A stretch of 64,000 nt of DNA from Chrysomallon squamiferum (Eukaryota; Animalia; Mollusca): the NCBI GenBank assembly GCA_012295275.1, contig CM022677.1:1178001-1242000 (forward strand), written 5' to 3'. The notes under the pieces are model-generated. The model was not told where the DNA came from, did not search any database, and worked only from the letters and a program-made list of their open reading frames with translations. Shown here piece by piece: positions 58,101-64,000 of this stretch (positions within the stretch are counted from its first letter, which is position 1; each line of letters begins with the position of its first letter). A program made the position numbers and the translations under genes.

Positions 58101-59774
58101 TGTGAGAAATTATTATAACAAACTGGTAACATACAACAAGAAGTAGCTGAACTCTGTTGTTCTGAATTTAGATAAAAACTAAGTATCATTATTAACTGCT
58201 TCAAAGCAACTGATAACTATATACATAACAGAAAACATACATGTATATCAAAAAAATGTAAATTAATTAATTAGAAACTGAATCTTTATATGTCATGAAC
58301 TTGTATCTGATAATACTGAGATTACAAAAAGAATTACTGAAAGAAAAAAATAATAAAACTTCTCAGAAAAAGAAAAGACAAAAATAAAATTTAAAATGAA
58401 CAAATTAATTTTAAAAATATTAAGAATTTATGAAAGAAAACAAGGCAAAAAAAAAAAAATAATAATAAAACAAAATAAATAAATAAAAATAAATAAAAAT
58501 ATAATCTAACCTAAACAAATAGAGAATTTACTGAAGCCATTTTCTGACATTCTTTTTTTACATATTAATTTTTTTCCCCCATAACAAAGAAAAATATTAC
58601 CAATAAAGAAAGAAAACTGCACATTAGGAATTCATTTTGTAGACCAGGAAGCACTGTGTATTGAACAAATTAATTTTTAGAAATCAGTATTACGAGTACG
58701 TCAAACTACACACTCGGGTCTGTCTATGACAATAGTAAATTCATCAAATGCAGTTTTGTTGTGTGCGAGTGGCTGTCAAAGTCAGTTATAAATGAACTAG
58801 AAAGAGTTGTTATGATTTCAGTAGCAAACAATAAACTGAATTTACTGAAAAGCTACTTAAAAGTGAATTATGAAGTAGACAGCTCAAACTTCTGGCAGGA
58901 TAATGAAGGGACGACAGGAAATATTTGAATTAAATAAGCTAACAAAACTGATTTTTAAACGAAATTTAATATTAAGTTATCAAACTGTTGTGCTGGACTG
59001 AAGTTTAATGTCATTATGTTAAACTGAAGTGTAATACCAGATATAATTATTTCAGTCTGAAATTTAAGGTAAAGTGGATATCATTGTGTTATCCTGAAAT
59101 TTAAAGTTAAATTATTATAATAGAAAGAAATTCAAAGTTAACATTTTTGTATTAGATTGTCTTTATTCAGAAAGCTACAGCAGATAATAGTTTTATATCA
59201 AATGTAAAAACAGCTCATTTTAGTACTCTCGTAATCAGTAATGAAATTATAATATATTAAATTTCATTTTTTTACAATAAGTAAATCTTTGAATGTATTA
59301 TTTTAATGGCAAACATTTAATAACAATAATCAAAATGAAAATATATATTTTTTTATTTATTTACCACATCAATAAACTTTAACTAAACATAGAATTAGCT
59401 GAGTAAACTGACAGAAAACAGTAAATAAAAAACCAGGCCAGAAAGGAAAAAATGAACAATCCATTTCCAACCAGCACCATGTGAAGAAAAAGGTCATGAA
59501 TTTTTGGTGCTAATTTATAGGCTCTGTTATAATACTGACAGAAAACCCCCCAACCCCTCCAGCAGTCCAAACAAACCAATCTAAAACATCTTCCTTGCAT
59601 TAATGTAGAAAATGTTTCTCCTTGAAAACAAATCTCAAGTCCAAATAAAAAACAGGAATGGGACATAAACTTAAAATTAAAGAACAATATTAAAATTAAA
59701 ACATGAAGTACTGACAACAAATGTAGTATAAAAATGCCTTCATAAATATTACAAAAAAAAATAAACTTAAATTA

Positions 59775-59816
<42 letters not shown>

Positions 59817-61539
59817 CTTTGACTAAACTACTTTAACATTTTTTCTTACTGGTACAGCCTATAAGTGCAGCACCAAAATCAGTGAAGAAGCCTCTTTAAG
59901 TTACATCTAAAATTTTACATAGCTATAAACAAAGATCCCAGACATGCATGGTTACTTCTTTTCTTGTTCATGTTAGAACGGTAAATTGTAGCCTATTTCA
60001 GAAAAGAAATAAAAATTAAAAAAGAAGTGCTGTAATGTTTCAAAATGTAAAAATCTTTTTTGTTTTTAGATAATAAAAAAGGGATATTAAAAGATTAAAA
60101 AAGTAAAACAGTTTTTGTAGCCTTTTTCAATAAGCATTGCTTGTACAGTAAATTATAAATTAAAAAAAGTGATAAAAAATGTGACTGTGAAACAAAGGAA
60201 ATGCACCTCTAGTTGATACTTTTTTTCTTTTCTGTTTTTAATTATCACTAATTCAGCACTAGAATGTCTAAACTATTAACACTTTAACAAATACTTAAAA
60301 AAAAAAAAAATTTGGACAAAAAAAAGCATAATTTTTAAATTATCATTTACATTAATAAAATATTAATTAAAAATATTTCGTTGTTAAACATCTAAAATAT
60401 TCAACATTATGTATCAGGTTAGTAATTTTTATATTTGATCTCTGTTTAAACTTGCTAATTTGGTTACTTATTAAAAAAGACTGATTTTTCAGAACTAAAC
60501 GTCGTGTGATGCATTTCTTTTGTGAGTCAGTATAGTCAGGAATAGGAATGTTGCTAGCCACTCTTACCTGCACAAAGTTACACAACCAGTGTCGCACAAC
60601 ATTAAGAACCCTCATAGTACCTGCTGTAATGAGGTAAAACAGGAAGATTTTACATGCCAACAACTCAAAAACATACTCCACATTTTAACGTAACTAAATA
60701 AATTCTCTGTAAAAATGTTTTGTGTCTGCCTCACTGAATCTCTTTGTCTAAAAATGTATGCTGCTCAAACTGAATATGAAAATCAAATAAAACAGAAAAA
60801 TCGACAGACTTGGTGCTGTGTTTAGTAACTGTTTGGAATTATAAATATCAGTTATGTAGTCAGTGAAGTGGATACAGACTAACGTGGTCTCTGAGCACAG
60901 GAGGAAACTGTAGAAATATCAAAACATTCATCAAGTTTATTCAAAGCAACACATAATCCATTACAAGAGGATATTTTCTTCTTGTATAACAATTCATTTG
61001 TTGAGTAAATAATTCTTATAAAAAAGTCTATTTTCCATAATGTACAGTAGCATAAAATTATTATGTCCTTTAATCCAAAGGAGTAGCATGCTCTGTCCTA
61101 TCATCTCATAATAATTCTATCAATCTCTTTTTTTATTTTTTAATATGTGAAATAATAATCCAATCTGGCAAAATATCTTAGTTAGAACAGTTTTCAACTT
61201 TCAGCTAATTAAGAGAATTTTTAAGAATAAAAATTACCCAAAAATTAAATAAACAATAATAATAAAAGTGAATATGGACTTTGAATATATTTTTTTTATC
61301 ATCATCTGTGTTGTTGTATTCATATATTATACATATTTAATACATATTGTCTATTTACTTTTCTAATCAAATTATAAAATCATCAAAAATAAAAAAAATG
61401 TATTAATGCAAAATGTGGAGTAAATTTCTTATTTTTCTTTTTTGTAATACAGAATAGCAGTTTATGACTGGTGTTTTGAAAAATGAAAAACATTTTATCA
61501 TGTAATACTTTTCTGAGTTGATCAGTTTGAAGTGTGTGA

Positions 61540-61637
<98 letters not shown>

Positions 61638-63869
61638 CCTATTTCATTTACCACTTTCTTGCTTATATAACTTTTTATGGTTTGTTCATTTGTTGTTGGG
61701 TTTTTTTTTTTTAAACAAGTTGTGGATATGTGTGTGTTTTATACAGCTGCAGTTATTTTACTGTTTTATTTTACTTCTTTTTACAATATACTTTGAAAGC
61801 AATCTTACTGAATTCATGCATGTTCACACACACACACACACACACACTATCAGACATATTAACAGCTAGTTAAATATATATGGCACTATAAATATGTAGC
61901 TATGGAAATGGTTTCTTTTTCTGATTTTTTTCCCCCACAACTACAATTATTTTAAAAGAAATATTTACAATTTCATTAAATAAAAAATAATCAGTTCATC
62001 TTGTTGTCTTTGTTCTTCTAGTAACCACTATATAAAAGGTAGTTGTATTAAACAGGATGTTTTCAAACCACGCATGTCTTCAACAGGGATGGATCAGTTT
62101 ATCTTATTTTAACAAAGTCTACATTACAGCCATTATATGTAAATAACAAGACTAAAACTACAGAAATATTTACACTTTTGTTTTTTAATTACATCACTGT
62201 TGAAAACTAATTAATATAATAATTAACATTAAAACCCTAGAAAGTGAAAAACACAACAAGAGTAAGAGTGTATACACACCATACAGCTACAACAAACTCA
62301 TGCCATGAAAAAGCTTTTATATAATATTAGAGATTATTTGTACAGAGACTAAGGACTTAAGCACTATAGAGAGAATTACTACTAACAGTTATTAGGAACA
62401 CCACCAGCTGGGAGTGACAACACATAACATAAGCAGCAACATGATTGGTTGTAGACTTGTCACATGACTCAAGCAGGCTCTACAAAACTGACCAATCACT
62501 GCTTGTGTCTCACCTGTTGGTGTTTTGATACCCAGTGTTTAAGCACGTTGAGAACTCGCATTGTTGCTGCAGTGGAGATCACAGATTCTCGCTTTTTGAA
62601 AGGTCGTGCATCTATACCTGTCAGATATTACGTAGACATTACAATTTTCACTTTTTCTTTTCTAATTTTTTTTTGTCTTTTTCTTTTTTTAATTTTAAAT
62701 TGTTTTTGCATGAAATACTATACAAATATTATCGATATTATAACATTATATTACAATATCAGTTAATATTTTAATAAATTTTACATTCGGTTCCACTATC
62801 ACAGCAGTTTTTGTTTAGCTTTTCACAGCTACTTTTTTGTATTACTGTAACAGTGGCCACAATCATATTTATTAAAGCCTAAATAATGGTAAAAAAAAAA
62901 AATAATAATAATGGAATAACACATAAAGAAAAAGAAACCAACCTTGTATCTGTCTTTATGCATAATAAATTATTTTGTCTTTTTAAATACTGTTATTATT
63001 CTTATTTAATTTTCAAATGATATCATAATCATTCTTATATAATATTTTCAGGAACAATGTATCTTCATTGAATTAATTATTTTTTTCCTGATTTCTTTGC
63101 TTATTACATCAGAATTAACAAAATAAAAATACTGCTACAAATGTAAAGAATGCTGGGTTGATAAGCAGAGAGAGAACTGTTTAAGATGAAAAGGCTAGAA
63201 GTTTATATCAAATTAAAAAACCCAGAAGAGTAAATATTCAAGATATTAAAAAGTAAGGGAAATAACTGGAGCATAAACGGACAGAACTATTTTTAATGGA
63301 AATGAAATAATGTTTTAGTGTTTTGAAAAAATTAAATATTTTTGATGCATTAGTGATCTTAGTGTGTTAATGATATTTCTGAAAACAGTTCTACAATAAA
63401 ACCAAAAAGTAACCAACCAATGAACCAAAAAGCCTCACTGAACCAAATAAATCAAAAACACACCTGTGCCGACATTGAGGTAGCGGTTAATATTTTTGGA
63501 ATGTTCTGCGCTGATGTTGCTGCAGCTTGCTAATCCTGCAGTGGCTGCTGCGAATGCTGTTGTGGCTGCAGATGAACTGGATCTGAAATATTTAATTAAA
63601 CAAATTAATGTACCATGAAATAAATACAAGAAAATGAATCTTTTACCGAGTACAAATGAAAGATGATTTAACTTTCTACAAGCAAAGTGGAGTTTACTGG
63701 CTGCTGCTGTGGTAAACTGAAAGGTGTTACCTTCGTTTTGATGCTCTAGACGATGTTACGACGGTTCCCGCCTTGGCTCGGGGTGGGGACCCTTCAATCT
63801 GAGCCAGGCTGCTGCGAGGCGTCGACATGCTGATAGACTCTGCCTCTGCACTGCCCCTCGTTCCTAAAA
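53919..63869 (-). CDS. RASGRF: Ras-specific guanine nucleotide-releasing factor (RasGRF1/2 co-orthologue), 3' part with REM segment and CDC25 domain; continues beyond the window
   Basis: Exons 63869-63731, 63582-63464, 62617-62514, 57129-56950, 56669-56572, 56327-56243, 55851-55654, 55456-55377 (GC donor), 54947-54830, 54561-54493, 54035-53919. Motifs [112 protein letters not shown]. Confidence 0.95.
54115..54216. repeat. (CA)n microsatellite in the last RasGRF intron
   Basis: Long, near-perfect AC run. Confidence 0.95.
56060..56270 (-). repeat. ~80 bp tandem repeat (about 2.5 copies) spanning a RasGRF exon end and donor
   Basis: Minus-strand unit ttacttgtcagcaagaggtttaatgag|gtgagtac...; donor-like sites at 56242, 56162 and 56079. 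Confidence 0.85.
60568..60623 (-). CDS. RASGRF: Alternative RasGRF exon B, paralogous to the 3' half of exon 62617-62514
   Basis: Pyrimidine tract plus attacag|cag| acceptor, CAG|gtaaga donor, phase 1 to 0 like exon A; encodes (A)[18 protein letters not shown] versus [19 protein letters not shown]. Confidence 0.75.
61550..61633. repeat. (GA)n microsatellite between RasGRF exons A and B
   Basis: Perfect GA run (CU-rich on the transcript), preceded by (TG)n. Confidence 0.95.
62397..62524 (-). promoter_or_regulatory. Imperfect inverted repeat (pre-mRNA stem-loop) covering the 3' end and 5' splice site of RasGRF exon A
   Basis: Nested complementary blocks (+ strand): AACACCACCAG/CTGTTGGTGTT (10/11), GTGA/TCAC, ACAC/GTGT, AAGCAG/CTGCTT, TGATTGGT/ACCAATCA, TGTAGA/TCTACA, CTTG/CAAG, around central GTCACATGAC. 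Confidence 0.6.
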
Positions 63870-64000
63870 CTGCAACAAACAGACGTGTGTACTTACAGAC
63901 GTTCAGCAAACATTGAACACTCTAAAACAATGACACCAACAATATGTGTTCTAATTAAGTTCATAATCTAATGATAAAGTGTCATATGTTATGTATCTGA

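Noticed and set aside
59776-59814. Long poly-A run as a possible retrocopy tail
   Set aside because: No upstream ORF, SINE boxes or clear target-site duplication; poly-A/T runs are common throughout the window.
60725-60750. QRDSV-like segment upstream of RasGRF exon B resembling KRESV of exon A
   Set aside because: Too short, and no credible donor or frame link to exon B.

Overview
AT-rich, microsatellite-rich animal genomic DNA, most likely a mollusc or other lophotrochozoan (inferred from protein style). I reconstructed five spliced genes by hand, with consistent intron phases: (1) a divergent USP6NL/RN-tre-like TBC RabGAP (-, 15338-9099) with a signal-peptide-like N-terminus and one 1-nt frameshift; (2) HSCB/Hsc20 (+, 17701-19675); (3) a complete 25-exon insulin/IGF receptor (-, 45418-28027, ~1442 aa); (4) COX5A (+, 47610-50198); (5) the 3' part of RasGRF (-, >63869-53919). 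Bases 1-8000 are mostly decayed transposons: an RNase H-bearing LINE with a nested Tc1/mariner MITE, and a Helitron Rep remnant. The most notable observations are a duplicated, phase-compatible RasGRF exon pair with a long hairpin over the donor of the upstream copy, the hydrophobic-leader exon on a normally cytosolic RabGAP, clustered FOXO sites and altered alphaCT/YxxM motifs in the insulin receptor, and perfect AT palindromes in both head-to-head intergenic regions. Gene calls rest on motifs recognised from memory; no database search was run.
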